Of a stretch of 32,000 bases of DNA, positions 9,100-18,747 are shown one piece after another. The stretch is from positions 30,001-62,000 of the forward strand of contig NZ_OZ239769.1 in NCBI RefSeq assembly GCF_965196625.1. Direction: 5' to 3'. The notes beneath the pieces are model-generated. The model searched no databases. It was given only the letters and a program-made list of their open reading frames with translations, and was not told the origin of the DNA. The translations under genes and the position numbers were made by a program. This stretch comes from Candidatus Saccharimonadota bacterium (GTDB lineage Bacteria > Bacteroidota > Bacteroidia > Cytophagales > Amoebophilaceae). Position 1 is the stretch's first letter; every line of letters starts with the position of its first letter.

Positions 9100-10272
9100 A
9101 TGGGCTTAGAGTTTCTAAGGTATTTAAAAAATATTATGCGAAGTATTTCTTTTGTTTGGAGTGTGATCGCTAGTGTCTTACTCAGCTTTTATCCAGGCGT
9201 ACAAGATGCTAAAAAACGCATTGATACATATGAACGAGCAGGCCGCTATGACCAAGCCTTAGATGTAGCAAGAGAAACGCAGAAAAAACTTTTGAATAAT
9301 AATGGTGATAAAGTTAGTAACCTATCACCCATTATAGTGCAATTGGAAGAAAAACTGCTTCATTTGGGGTATTCAGGGATTTTCTTTAGTCAAGATGGGA
9401 AACCACAACCAAAGCTTTGTCAACTTTTGCAGATTTTAGGTATGCAAGAGCCATCTAAAAAATCCATAGAGGAAATTAGCGCATGGGCTCAAGCCAACTT
9501 GTTAAGAAAAGGGGAACGCTGGCAAGCGCAAACTAGTCGATTTGAACCATTAAGAAACAGCCTTCAGCCCCTTCTTGCTGATTTAGGATTTATCAATGGA
9601 AAGTCTGCTCATTTTCAGAAATATACAGGGGCGATTGTCCACGGTGCTCTTTTACCAGCGGTACGTATTCGCCTTTACTATCTGATCAAACAGTGGAAGG
9701 AAGGGGTACGATTTTCGGATCTTTATTTCTTGAGTGGTGAGCGGCCTTTAGACCCACAACGTGAAAATCAAGATGAGCTGATAAAAGATAAGAACTCGCC
9801 GTTAAAAATACGAAAAGATTGGAAACTTTTAGATTTTCCAAAAACAGAGTGTGAAATGATACAACTTATTTGGGAGCAATCAGAGTTACCTGAAGCTATG
9901 AAGCAACAAATCAAAGTGCATTTTATTAATGCACCTATCAAAAATAATCTTCGCCCTACAACAGATGATACCGTAGAAGCATGGCTTAAAATAGCTCCTT
10001 CTGTTGGAAATTATTTGGCAGTGACAAACAGCCCCTATATCAATCGACAGGATGTAGTGACCAGAACAGTTGCCGCTCAGGCATATGGTTTTGATACCAT
10101 TGGACCAGCTCTTGGCTCGGAAGTAAAAATGGCTATCGTTCTTGACGAGTTAGCCCGGTTGATTTTTATGTTGTCTAGGAATGAAAAATTAGAGAAAAGA
10201 GCAACTAAGTTACCCAGTTTTAGTTCTAAACTGCGTTTTGACGCTACGGACATGCGGGATAAGGTCGCATAA
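9100..10272 (+). CDS. Hypothetical protein with an N-terminal signal/anchor; weak pattern resemblance to DUF218/YdcF-type fold only
   Basis: Long intact ORF with a hydrophobic N-terminus (SISFVWSVIASVLLSFYPG). Patterns AIVHGALLPAVRIRL..., LSGERPL, TECEMI, RPTTDDTVEAW and AVTNSPYINRQ are reminiscent of DUF218. Unverified. Confidence 0.5.
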   Translation: MGLEFLRYLKNIMRSISFVWSVIASVLLSFYPGVQDAKKRIDTYERAGRYDQALDVARETQKKLLNNNGDKVSNLSPIIVQLEEKLLHLGYSGIFFSQDGKPQPKLCQLLQILGMQEPSKKSIEEISAWAQANLLRKGERWQAQTSRFEPLRNSLQPLLADLGFINGKSAHFQKYTGAIVHGALLPAVRIRLYYLIKQWKEGVRFSDLYFLSGERPLDPQRENQDELIKDKNSPLKIRKDWKLLDFPKTECEMIQLIWEQSELPEAMKQQIKVHFINAPIKNNLRPTTDDTVEAWLKIAPSVGNYLAVTNSPYINRQDVVTRTVAAQAYGFDTIGPALGSEVKMAIVLDELARLIFMLSRNEKLEKRATKLPSFSSKLRFDATDMRDKVA

Positions 10273-10811
10273 ATTAGAGTACTGATAATTTGTATAAGTC
10301 AGCCCTTAATCTTACAAATTTCGTGTAAAAACCTCTATGGATTAAAACACTTTATAGCTATTTGGTTTCCAAGTGTATACCTTAAAATAATTTACCGTGA
10401 TTGAACTTATATTTTCTGTGCTGTGGTTTCTAGTGAAATGGATTTGCAGGCTATCCTTTTTTACTATAAGTTTGACCTGGAGTATCTTTTCTTCTTTTAG
10501 TGTTTGCATGTTTTACATGCTTTCTATTTTAATGCCTATTTCAGCATATACTAGTGATGATTCAGAATGATAATTAACAATTATGCAAACTCCAATTTCT
10601 TCTCCCTTAAAAATTAACTAATAATAGTTTATGTAATTGATTATCATGTGTAAAGATACACATTAACCCTGAACATGAAACTCAGGTTAATATTTACTAA
10701 GTTAGTATTAAGTATACAATAATATATGCTTGTACCAAGCAAATATTAGATAACGCCATAATGTCAAAACGTTAAACATAATCATAGCCCTTTTATAAAT
10801 ATAGTTTAGGC

Positions 10812-11384
10812 ATGTCATGTACAAACAATAATAGCTCTGAAAGAAGGGAAGACGTTATAGATGTATTAGATGAACAGGGAAATAAAACGGGCGTAATATT
10901 ACCCAGAAAAGAAGTTCATAGACTAGGTAAGATACATCGTGTCGTTCATTTATATTTGTTTGAACAATCTTCTAATAAGCTTCTCATACAAAAGCGTTCT
11001 AATAATGTAAGTCGTTTCCCAAATATGCTTAGCATCTCTGTAATGGGTCATGTTAATGCGGGAGAAGAAAGTATACAAGCAGTAAAAAGAGAGTTAAAAG
11101 AAGAACTGCGCATAGATCCTAAAGAGATAAAATTAGAGTTTTTATTCTCTATTAGACAAGATGAGGTTTTACATCCTAACTACATAGATCGTCAATTTAA
11201 TGATGTCTATCTAGGCTGGTATAACTTCAAAATATGTGATATTCAGTTTAATCCTAATGAAGTAAGCGAAGTCAAGTTAATGAATTTCTCAGAATTTGAA
11301 TATATGGTTTTAAATAGAGACCAAGAACTTGCTTATGTATATCTAGAGGAATGTAAGCGAATTTTACCTTATCTTAAAATGTAA
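10812..11384 (+). CDS. Nudix hydrolase
   Basis: Near-consensus Nudix box GHVNAGEESIQAVKRELKEELRI (GX5EX7REUXEEXGU with only the last G replaced). Confidence 0.85.
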   Translation: MSCTNNNSSERREDVIDVLDEQGNKTGVILPRKEVHRLGKIHRVVHLYLFEQSSNKLLIQKRSNNVSRFPNMLSISVMGHVNAGEESIQAVKRELKEELRIDPKEIKLEFLFSIRQDEVLHPNYIDRQFNDVYLGWYNFKICDIQFNPNEVSEVKLMNFSEFEYMVLNRDQELAYVYLEECKRILPYLKM

Positions 11385-11826
11385 GGCTTCAACAGCAGTC
11401 AAATATTTTCCTTATAAATCTAAGTCATTCAATTATCAATTGAAAAAATCTAATCTAATCTTGAAATCTCGTTATTCAATAGAGGATTGATTATAGTATT
11501 TTGTTAAAAACATAAAAAATAGAGATATAAAATGGATATTGACTTGATCATCATCATAACGTTCCTAATAATCACGCTAGTTATTGGTCTATACGCTAGT
11601 AAAGGCATTCATACATTTAAAGACTATGCAGTAGGTAATAGGAAAATGTCAACGTTTGTGATTACTATTTCAATGATAGCTACTATTTATGGTGGAGGTC
11701 ATTTAACTTATAAAATAAATGACTACGCCTGTAAAGGGTTATACATGTTGGTCAGGGATTTAACTGGACCATTTAGTTTTTATTTAGCCTCCACGTTTAT
11801 TATTCCAAGGATGAAAGAGTTCATGG

Positions 11827-11834
11827 AACATCTA
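11827..11834. repeat. Target-site duplication AACATCTA (left copy)
   Basis: Identical 8-mer lies immediately outside both IS terminal inverted repeats. Confidence 0.85.
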
Positions 11835-13166
11835 GAGTTTGTAAATAAAATTGTGTAAATGCTTATTATTAACTAATCTAACGGATTAAATCGTTAGTTA
11901 TAAATGAGTCATAAGCAATGGAACAACAACAAATAAATATAGATCCAAATCTACTAAATGAATTGTCGAAGTCTATTAAGAGTGAAAAAGATTTAGCTAT
12001 TCTCAGCAAGCAACTATTAAAAATCACGGTAGAACGTGCTATGGATGCAGAATTAGAGGATCATCTTGGCTATGAAAAGCATGCTATAGAAGGCAGGAAC
12101 ACGGGAAATAGCCGTAATGGTTACTCTCCTAAGCGATTAAAGGGTGATTTTGGCGAAATGGAAATTAATACGCCACGTGACCGAAACAGCACGTTCGATC
12201 CTCAAATCATTCGCAAAGGGCAAACTCGCTTCACTGAATTTGATGAACAAATTTTGGCTCTTTATGCTAGAGGGATGACTACCAGAGATATTTCAGATAC
12301 ATTCAAAGAGCTGTATGGTACAGAGGTATCACACAGTTTAATTTCGAAAGTAACTGAATCTGTTATTGAGGAGATTACTGTTTGGCAGAATCGTCCATTA
12401 GAAACAGTATATCCCATATTGTATTTAGATTGTATCGTTATCAAGTGTCATCAAGATAAACGCGTAATCAACAAATCAATTTATTTGGCATTAGCCATTA
12501 ATTGTCAAGGGCAAAAAGAATTACTTGGTTTGTGGATAGCAGAAACCGAAGGTGCAAAATTTTGGCTCTCAGTATTAACTGAGTTAAATAATCGTGGCAT
12601 TAAGGATATTTTTATTGCTTGTGTTGATGGATTAACCGGATTTCCAGATGCTATTAATACAGTATTTCCAAAAACCAAAATTCAGTTATGCATTGTTCAT
12701 CTTATTCGTAATTCGTTACGTTATGTACCCTATAAGGACATGAAGTCCGTCGCATCGGATCTTAAAGTTATTTATCGCGCTATTTCTCTTGAGCAAGCGG
12801 AAGAAGCACTTCTTATTTTTAGTGAAAAATGGGATAAAAAATATCCAGCTATTAGTCGTTCATGGCATAAAAATTGGAGCAACATTATAACTATTTTTGA
12901 CTATCCTGATGAAATACGAAAAATTATTTATACGACCAATGCCATTGAATCACTCAATAGCGTTATTAGAAAATCTATCAATAACCGTAAAATTTTTCCT
13001 AATGACCAATCTGCATTAAAAGTAGTATATTTAGCCATACAGAAGGCATCACAAAAGTGGACTATGTCTTTACATGATTGGAGAGCGGCTCTGAATCGAT
13101 TCGCTATCGAATTTGAGGGAAGATTCTCCTAAAAAACGGCACTTACACAAAATAATTTACAGGCTC
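11835..13166 (+). mobile_element. Complete IS256-family insertion sequence (1332 bp)
   Basis: Imperfect terminal inverted repeats: GAGTTTGTAAATAAAATTGTGTAAATGC (11835..11862) versus the reverse complement of 13139..13166, GAGCCTGTAAATTATTTTGTGTAAGTGC. These match at 22 of 28 positions. One transposase ORF, flanked by an 8-bp direct duplication. Confidence 0.9.
11918..13132 (+). CDS. IS256-family (Mutator-type) DDE transposase
   Basis: 404 aa with the family-typical blocks LEDHLGYEKH, NGYSPKRL, TPRDRNSTFDPQII, YARGMTTRDI, YLDCIVIK, FIACVDGLTGFPDAI, QLCIVHLIRNS and TTNAIESLN. Confidence 0.95.
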   Translation: MEQQQINIDPNLLNELSKSIKSEKDLAILSKQLLKITVERAMDAELEDHLGYEKHAIEGRNTGNSRNGYSPKRLKGDFGEMEINTPRDRNSTFDPQIIRKGQTRFTEFDEQILALYARGMTTRDISDTFKELYGTEVSHSLISKVTESVIEEITVWQNRPLETVYPILYLDCIVIKCHQDKRVINKSIYLALAINCQGQKELLGLWIAETEGAKFWLSVLTELNNRGIKDIFIACVDGLTGFPDAINTVFPKTKIQLCIVHLIRNSLRYVPYKDMKSVASDLKVIYRAISLEQAEEALLIFSEKWDKKYPAISRSWHKNWSNIITIFDYPDEIRKIIYTTNAIESLNSVIRKSINNRKIFPNDQSALKVVYLAIQKASQKWTMSLHDWRAALNRFAIEFEGRFS

Positions 13167-13174
13167 AACATCTA
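13167..13174. repeat. Target-site duplication AACATCTA (right copy)
   Basis: See the left copy at 11827..11834. Confidence 0.85.
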
Positions 13175-15146
13175 TCTATAGCCGAATCTATGGGACATCT
13201 CTACGGTCAAGTAGTTCGAATACTTACAGCTATCATTGGAGTTATAAAAACCGTTGCTTTAGTGGCTGCTCAGTTTAAAGTAGGCATGAATGTATCACTT
13301 CTTCTATTCCCTGAAATAAAAGAGTTTGCTGCTTTCTCAACAATGATCATAGGTTTGTTGGTTATTTTGTACTCGACCTTTGGCGGAGCTAGGGCTGTAG
13401 CACTAACAGATGTCTATCAATTTTTTCTTTTTGGTGTTTGTTTCCCTATTTTAATTTGTACATTCTTGTATCATGCCCAACCGTCTACACATTGGAAAAG
13501 TTTTATGATGATGCCACAATTTGATCCAGTAACAGTGTGTACATGGAATAATACATTAAAAGATGCGTTAGCTACATTTATTTGGCATACTGTGTTCCCA
13601 TTTGACCCAGCACGTGTCCAGCGTATCTATATGGCTTCTTCTGTACAACAAGCAGCCAAAGTATTTTTAATTAGTGCAGTGATACGTATTATTTTTCCTT
13701 TACTTTTTTTAACTATTGTAGCATCGTTATATATAGGTGGGCATACAATTAATCCTGGTCAAGATGTACTAGACTATGTCATACGTCTTGCATACTTTCC
13801 AGGCATAAAGGGATTATTGGTAACAGATATTATTGCTCTACTAATGTCTACTGCTGATTCTAATCTACATGCTGCTTCTGTCTTATGTGTTAATGATTTA
13901 TGGCCTTTTCTATTTAGGTCAAATAGAATATTCCGAAGCCCTTCTCTAACTACTGTACGCATCACCTGTTCACTAATAGGTTTGATCAGTGTCTTTTGTG
14001 TTTTGTATACGACTAGTGTTTTACAATTATTAAATAAATCAACACTATTTTACACCTCTGTTATCACTGTTCCATTTATAGTATCTTGTTTTGGCTTTAG
14101 GCCAAGTTCTGCTGCGGTATTATGTACAATGGGTATAAGTACTGCTATAACAGCCTATCACATATTTATAAAAGTACAACCGATAGGACAAAAAGATATT
14201 TTTAAGTCTCTGTTGCTTAGTTCACTTGTTTTACTTGTTATGCATCGCCTCTTACCTAAACAACCCGGTAAAGGTTGGGTGGGAATCCAAGATTATAGCG
14301 CTGTAGAACTACAAAATCAAGAAAACAAGCGCTGGTGGGTAAGAAAACTATACTATTTTCAATCAATTTTTACTCCATCTTACTGGAAGGATATATTTCC
14401 TAAAAACGCTATTACCTTCATAGCATCAGGCATTTATTTTATTATTTACAGCTCTATATTACTTTGCTACGTAGAACAAGTATATGAATTTTCCTACATT
14501 CATTGGTATATATCTGCCATGTCTATAGGTACAATAGTAACCCTATATCCTACTTTTCACACTTATAAACAAGGAGGAAATAGATTTCTGCATGGGTTAT
14601 GGCCTATATTGTTATGTACTGTCCTTTGTATTACTGGCATAACATATATGAAATTGAGCCATTTTTCCCCTATATCTTGCGCATTTTTTATAGTAAATAT
14701 AGGTCTAAGTAGCCTATTACTACCATATACTATAATGATATTTATGCTATTTACATCGCTATTTATCCATAGATGGATACCTCCCTATCTATCCCTTATA
14801 AGTTATAAAGAGCTGATAACCATAGAAACAATGATAGGGTTAACTATTCTACTCAGCTGCCTAGTATATCGATATCTAAGGAATAAAAATCACATACAAT
14901 TACAAACTATAGCATTAACTAGAAGCTATGAGCAACAGTATGCGCTAGCTTCACTACACAATCAAGCCAACTGGAATCGATTAGATCCTACCTATAGCGG
15001 AAAGGTACTACAAGATATGGCTAATGCATTGGAACCCTATGTAAAAAATCTACCTATACAGCAACATCAGAAAAAATTATATGTATTTAGCCAATCTCTA
15101 CTGCAAAGAGCTAAGGAAGAACGTACCTTTACTTTGGACTCAAAAT

Positions 15147-15737
15147 CTATCTGTTACGTAATGCTCCATTTGGGTTAAGATATCTGTATAATGTAGTTCT
15201 ACTAATCCCTAATTCTTTACATAAGTCATTGACATTGGTTTTTTTATTTTCCATAGCTGCTTGCGCTAAACTGAGCTGAACCTTGCTTATAGCTAATTTT
15301 CTTCCCCCTTTTCTGCCCCTAGCCCTTGCAGCGGCCAATCCCGCTATAGTCCTTTCCCGAATCAAAGCCCTTTCAAATTCAGCTAAAGCAGCAAATATAG
15401 CAAACACCATTTTTCCAGAAGGCGTAGTAGTGTCTATGTTTGCTCCTTGTCCGGTTAGTACTTTTAACCCCACCCCTTTGTCATGTAGTTCTTGTACTAG
15501 ATTGACGAGGTGTTTTAGGTTTCTACCTAACCGGTCTAGTTTCCATACGACTAACGTATCTCCTTCCCTAAGCGTTTTGAGACAATTGGTTAAGTCTTGT
15601 CGATCATCTATACTGCCAGAAGCTTCATCTTTGTAGATATAGTTTTCCGATATGCCTGCTTCTTTTAAAGCATCTATTTGCAAGTCTAGTGTTTGGCTAC
15701 CATCCGACTTAGATATACGTGCGTACCCTATAAGCAT
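15147..15737 (-). CDS. Serine recombinase (resolvase/DNA-invertase family)
   Basis: MLIGYARISKSDGSQ (catalytic Ser region), GDTLVVWKLDRLGRN, FAALAEFERALIRERTIAGLAAARARGRKGGR, and a C-terminal HTH (ISRTTLYRYL). Local GC is clearly above the flanks (for example 15301..15360 is 36/60 G+C). Confidence 0.9.
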   Translation of the reverse strand: MLIGYARISKSDGSQTLDLQIDALKEAGISENYIYKDEASGSIDDRQDLTNCLKTLREGDTLVVWKLDRLGRNLKHLVNLVQELHDKGVGLKVLTGQGANIDTTTPSGKMVFAIFAALAEFERALIRERTIAGLAAARARGRKGGRKLAISKVQLSLAQAAMENKKTNVNDLCKELGISRTTLYRYLNPNGALRNR

Positions 15738-15740
15738 ATT

Positions 15741-15786
15741 ATATTCTTATGTTTCAAAAACGTTCGTTTATGAAACATAAGAATAT
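15741..15786. promoter_or_regulatory. Perfect 16-bp inverted repeat (ATATTCTTATGTTTCA N14 TGAAACATAAGAATAT) 4 bp upstream of the recombinase start; candidate recombinase binding/crossover or autoregulatory site
   Basis: Read directly. The spacer aaaacgttcgttta is itself partly palindromic (aaacg tt cgttt). Confidence 0.55.
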
Positions 15787-16038
15787 TAACCAACAATACC
15801 GCATTATAAAATGCTATTTTTGTTACTTATTCAGTAACATAATCTATGTCACAAATAGGTATATAAAAATTTGATTTAGAAACTAATTTAGTGGGCCGTT
15901 AGTATGCAAAATATTTATATGTTGTATGGGTATAGTAGTTACTTGCAGATTTTGTAATAATTTGTAAAATTATGTAATAATTGTTAAGTTGTTACAGTAA
16001 TAAAAATTAGCTTTAATTTAAACTAAACATAAATTGAA

Positions 16039-16701
16039 ATGAACGCGAATAACTTTAAAGTTCTATTATGCTGCTATACAATGGGGATAGCTGGGTGTAA
16101 CAAAATAGGGAACCCAAATTATATGGATGGTGGTGGTGATAGAACATCCGAAAAGAGACAAGATGTTGGGGCAGCTGTATCGGTTACGCAAAGTAGTTCT
16201 ACTTCAGATTATCATAAGTCTCTAGAAGATTCTCTTATTGGCATAAAACGTGTGGCTGATCTTGCAGAGCAGGCTGCTATCGTTAAACAGCAGGCTGCTG
16301 AGGATGCCATTAAGGCTGCTGCTGATGCTAAAGCTGCAGCAGAAGCAACACGTAAAACTGCTAATGACAGAGAAAGAGCTAGACAGGAATCTCCTTTGCC
16401 AGGAAGCGATACTGTATATCATAAGTCTCTAGAAGATTCTCTTATTGGCATAAAACGTGTGGCTGATCTTGCAGAGCAGGCTGCTATCGTTAAACAGCAG
16501 GCTGCTGAGGATGCCATTAAGGCTGCTGCTGATGCTAAAGCTGCAGCAGAAGCAACACGTAAAACTGCCAATGACAGAGAAAGAGCTAGAAGAGGGCTAG
16601 GAGGAGGTGACGCTTCAACTCTAGCAGAAACAGTGCCTAAAACTGATGATAGAGAAAAAGGAGCTAGATTAGAATTAGGGCCAGGCGGAGATGTTTTATA
16701 G
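16039..16701 (+). CDS. Ala/Lys/Glu-rich helical lipoprotein with an internal 69-aa duplication
   Basis: N-terminal signal with lipobox (MGIAG|C). Low-complexity helical repeats (AEQAAIVKQQAAEDAIKAAADAKAAAEATRKTANDRERAR) occur twice. Confidence 0.7.
   Translation: MNANNFKVLLCCYTMGIAGCNKIGNPNYMDGGGDRTSEKRQDVGAAVSVTQSSSTSDYHKSLEDSLIGIKRVADLAEQAAIVKQQAAEDAIKAAADAKAAAEATRKTANDRERARQESPLPGSDTVYHKSLEDSLIGIKRVADLAEQAAIVKQQAAEDAIKAAADAKAAAEATRKTANDRERARRGLGGGDASTLAETVPKTDDREKGARLELGPGGDVL
16210..16590 (+). repeat. Two 174-bp copies (16210..16383 and 16417..16590), period 207 bp, differing at one base (16362 T vs 16569 C)
   Basis: Base-by-base comparison of the two stretches. Confidence 0.95.
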
Positions 16702-17027
16702 ATATCGTTTAGTTAACAGGTTTATTTTATTGTCCCACTTTGGGAGAAAAGCCCCGCACTTGCAGTGCGTCGTTTCAACATAGTTAGTTATGTATATGTG
16801 CAGTATTAACCGATCAAGGGTTATGTGTGATAGACATGAATCGATAGACGGTAAACTCGGAGACTTTCAAGTTGAAAACTAGTTGTGGCTAAGGCATTCA
16901 TGCCGTAATCTTAAGCCCTATATTTGCAATGTAGGGTGTGTTAACTTAAACTAATTTTATTTCTATTCTATATTTTTTAACTAAGGTTTTATTTTATATA
17001 CCATTTAACAATTAATCATTAATCGTA

Positions 17028-17810
17028 ATGACGCATTCTATCAATATTAAAGGTTTAAAATTTTTGTTTTACATTATCATACCAGTTTCGTTAATGGGAA
17101 TGATGAATCCACCAGATCCGTATGTTCAAGCACGTGATGCGCTTATAGCAGATTATAATGGTCTACAGGGAAATAATAATCTACTTTTGGCTAATTATAA
17201 TCGTGAATTGTTAAACTCCTTTAACTCTATGCGTAATGGTGCTAATGACGCTGCCATCTGGGCTAACAATCAGCCTGCTCTTGCTGAAACTGATTCTAGA
17301 ATCGCACGTACTATATATGATAGAATCGTTGTCATGTTTGGTTACATTGCTCAACATGCTCAAAATGCTCAGGCTCGTGCAGCAGCTGTTCGAGCTAATG
17401 TGCAAGGTGTAGCAGCACTACCTATTGATCAGGCAATTTTAGGTGATTTAAATTTAGCGAGTGGTGTTAGAAGACGAGCTGAAGAGTCTTTTAATAATGC
17501 TGAAGGTGAATCTAATAGGGCTCAAAACTCTGCACAAGAGGCTAATGCTAGACATGCTAATATTCAACCAATAATAAATCGTATGAATCCTCCAATCCTT
17601 GGTATGCATTACACTAGGGAGCATATTGCGAATTATCGTGCGAATCATGCCAATATTCTAACTGAGTTTAATCAAGCTAATATATCTGCTTTTGAGGCTA
17701 AAACTCATGCTAATAATGTCCATAATCAGGTTAATCTTCTTAATACGCTAATTCAGAATATGATTATAATAGGTAATAGGCGTGGTATTGCTAACTTTCC
17801 ACAAAATTAA
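17028..17810 (+). CDS. Asn/Ala-rich secreted or membrane-anchored protein of unknown function
   Basis: Intact 260-aa ORF with a hydrophobic N-terminus (LKFLFYIIIPVSLMGMM), then helical N/A/Q-rich sequence. I recognise no family. Confidence 0.55.
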   Translation: MTHSINIKGLKFLFYIIIPVSLMGMMNPPDPYVQARDALIADYNGLQGNNNLLLANYNRELLNSFNSMRNGANDAAIWANNQPALAETDSRIARTIYDRIVVMFGYIAQHAQNAQARAAAVRANVQGVAALPIDQAILGDLNLASGVRRRAEESFNNAEGESNRAQNSAQEANARHANIQPIINRMNPPILGMHYTREHIANYRANHANILTEFNQANISAFEAKTHANNVHNQVNLLNTLIQNMIIIGNRRGIANFPQN

Positions 17811-17900
17811 TCGTGTCCGCCACTAGTGTGGCTGGGAACGCATTTTTTCTATTCTGTATCCATTCAATCCACACCCACAGAAGTAGGTTATATCTAGAAA

Positions 17901-17926
17901 AGAAACTGCATTTGACTGCAGTTTCT
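17901..17926. terminator. 10-bp perfect hairpin (agaaactgca tttgac tgcagtttct) between convergent genes; read on the minus strand it is followed by TTTTCT
   Basis: Read directly. It lies downstream of both 17028..17810 (+) and 18106..18747 (-). Confidence 0.5.
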
Positions 17927-17975
17927 TAGAAGTACTGTGGCAGAAAATGCGTTTTTTCTGGTTTTTTTACTAAAA

Positions 17976-18018
17976 TTTAGGGCAAAATTAGGCGTTTATG
18001 CTAAAAATTTGCCCTAAA
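17976..18018. repeat. 11-bp inverted repeat tttagggcaaa / tttgccctaaa with a 21-nt loop
   Basis: Read directly. Confidence 0.6.
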
Positions 18019-18105
18019 ATCATGCTTGAAACAGGTTGAAAAGGAAAGTTTAGCCACAGCGCTGAATGGATACATTGCTATAGCCTCCACAATAAATCAA
18101 ACAAA

Positions 18106-18747
18106 TTAGATTTCTATTCCGACATATTTATCGATATGTGCTATTTTCCTTTTTCTATAATTTTTATATTCACAATCAATATAATTTGATTTAATATCCC
18201 TAGCAATAGACCTCTGTAGTTGTAAAAGGAAATTAATAGCCTGACCAGTTAAGTTCTGTTGTAGTTGCTCATTCCAGTCTTTTCCTGAAGTTACAGATAT
18301 TTTAGTAGGTTGCATACCTTCTTTTTTAGAAATATTTTCTATTAATTTTTGCATACGTTGACCTTCTTGATCTATATCAAAAGCCAATACTACTTCTTGG
18401 TTATGTTGTTTAGCCCCTTTTATAAGCGTACTGATTTCTTTAGCGATACTACTAGAAATAGTATCACAAGTAGCGATATACATCGTATTATCTTTTTCTG
18501 CATACAACTGTTTATAACTTAAAGCATCTATAGGACTCTCTGTGAGCACAATCTTTTGCACAAGAAAATTGGGATGCTTTAATACAGCTAACCCTCTAGA
18601 AAGCCCTTTTTGAAAGTATGTTCTACTTTTTATTTGCCCAGTGTTACCTTTAAAAAACTGGTAGGAAATAGTGTTACACATCGTTCCATTTCCCTGGTTA
18701 TCCAATCCTTGATAGAGACCAAATACCGCTTTTCTACCTACTTGCAA
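18106..18747 (-). pseudogene. Toprim-domain segment, probably the frameshifted C-terminal part of the upstream relaxase-DUF3991-Toprim gene
   Basis: Toprim pattern LTESPIDALSY ... VVLAFDIDQEGQRM. The ORF starts at a TTG and overlaps the upstream ORF by 10 nt. Its frame stays open upstream of that TTG. Confidence 0.6.

Larger units (their letters stand above)
11532..15178 (+). pseudogene. Sodium:solute-symporter-family domain fused to an extra TM block and a sensor-like tail; split by an IS256-family insertion and apparently truncated at its 3' end
   Basis: The N-terminal fragment 11532..11834 (SSS-like: KDYAVGNRKMSTFVITISMIATIYGG) joins in frame to 13175.. (SIAESMGHLYGQ...) once the IS and one target-duplication copy are removed. 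The C-terminal TM block and tail resemble the protein at 2..2152, but the ORF ends inside the 3' end of the resolvase gene. Confidence 0.75.

Noticed and set aside
15140-15800. Tn3-family transposon or Hin-type invertible segment around the serine recombinase
   Set aside because: No Tn3-type transposase or ~38-bp terminal inverted repeats are visible. No second copy of the 16-bp palindrome half-site exists elsewhere in the window to define an invertible segment. Only an orphan recombinase plus candidate site can be supported.
16210-16590. Long direct repeats considered as a possible CRISPR-like or satellite array
   Set aside because: Only two copies, 174 bp each, in frame inside a coding sequence and translating to a duplicated protein block. 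No short repeat-spacer periodicity occurs anywhere in the window.
16702-17027. GC-richer 326-bp intergenic stretch considered as a tRNA, tmRNA, riboswitch or other RNA gene
   Set aside because: Only short hairpins (for example CGCACT-tgc-AGTGCG at 16755..16769) were found. I could not find a tRNA cloverleaf, T-loop consensus or any known RNA-family signature by eye. An Infernal/Rfam scan is needed.
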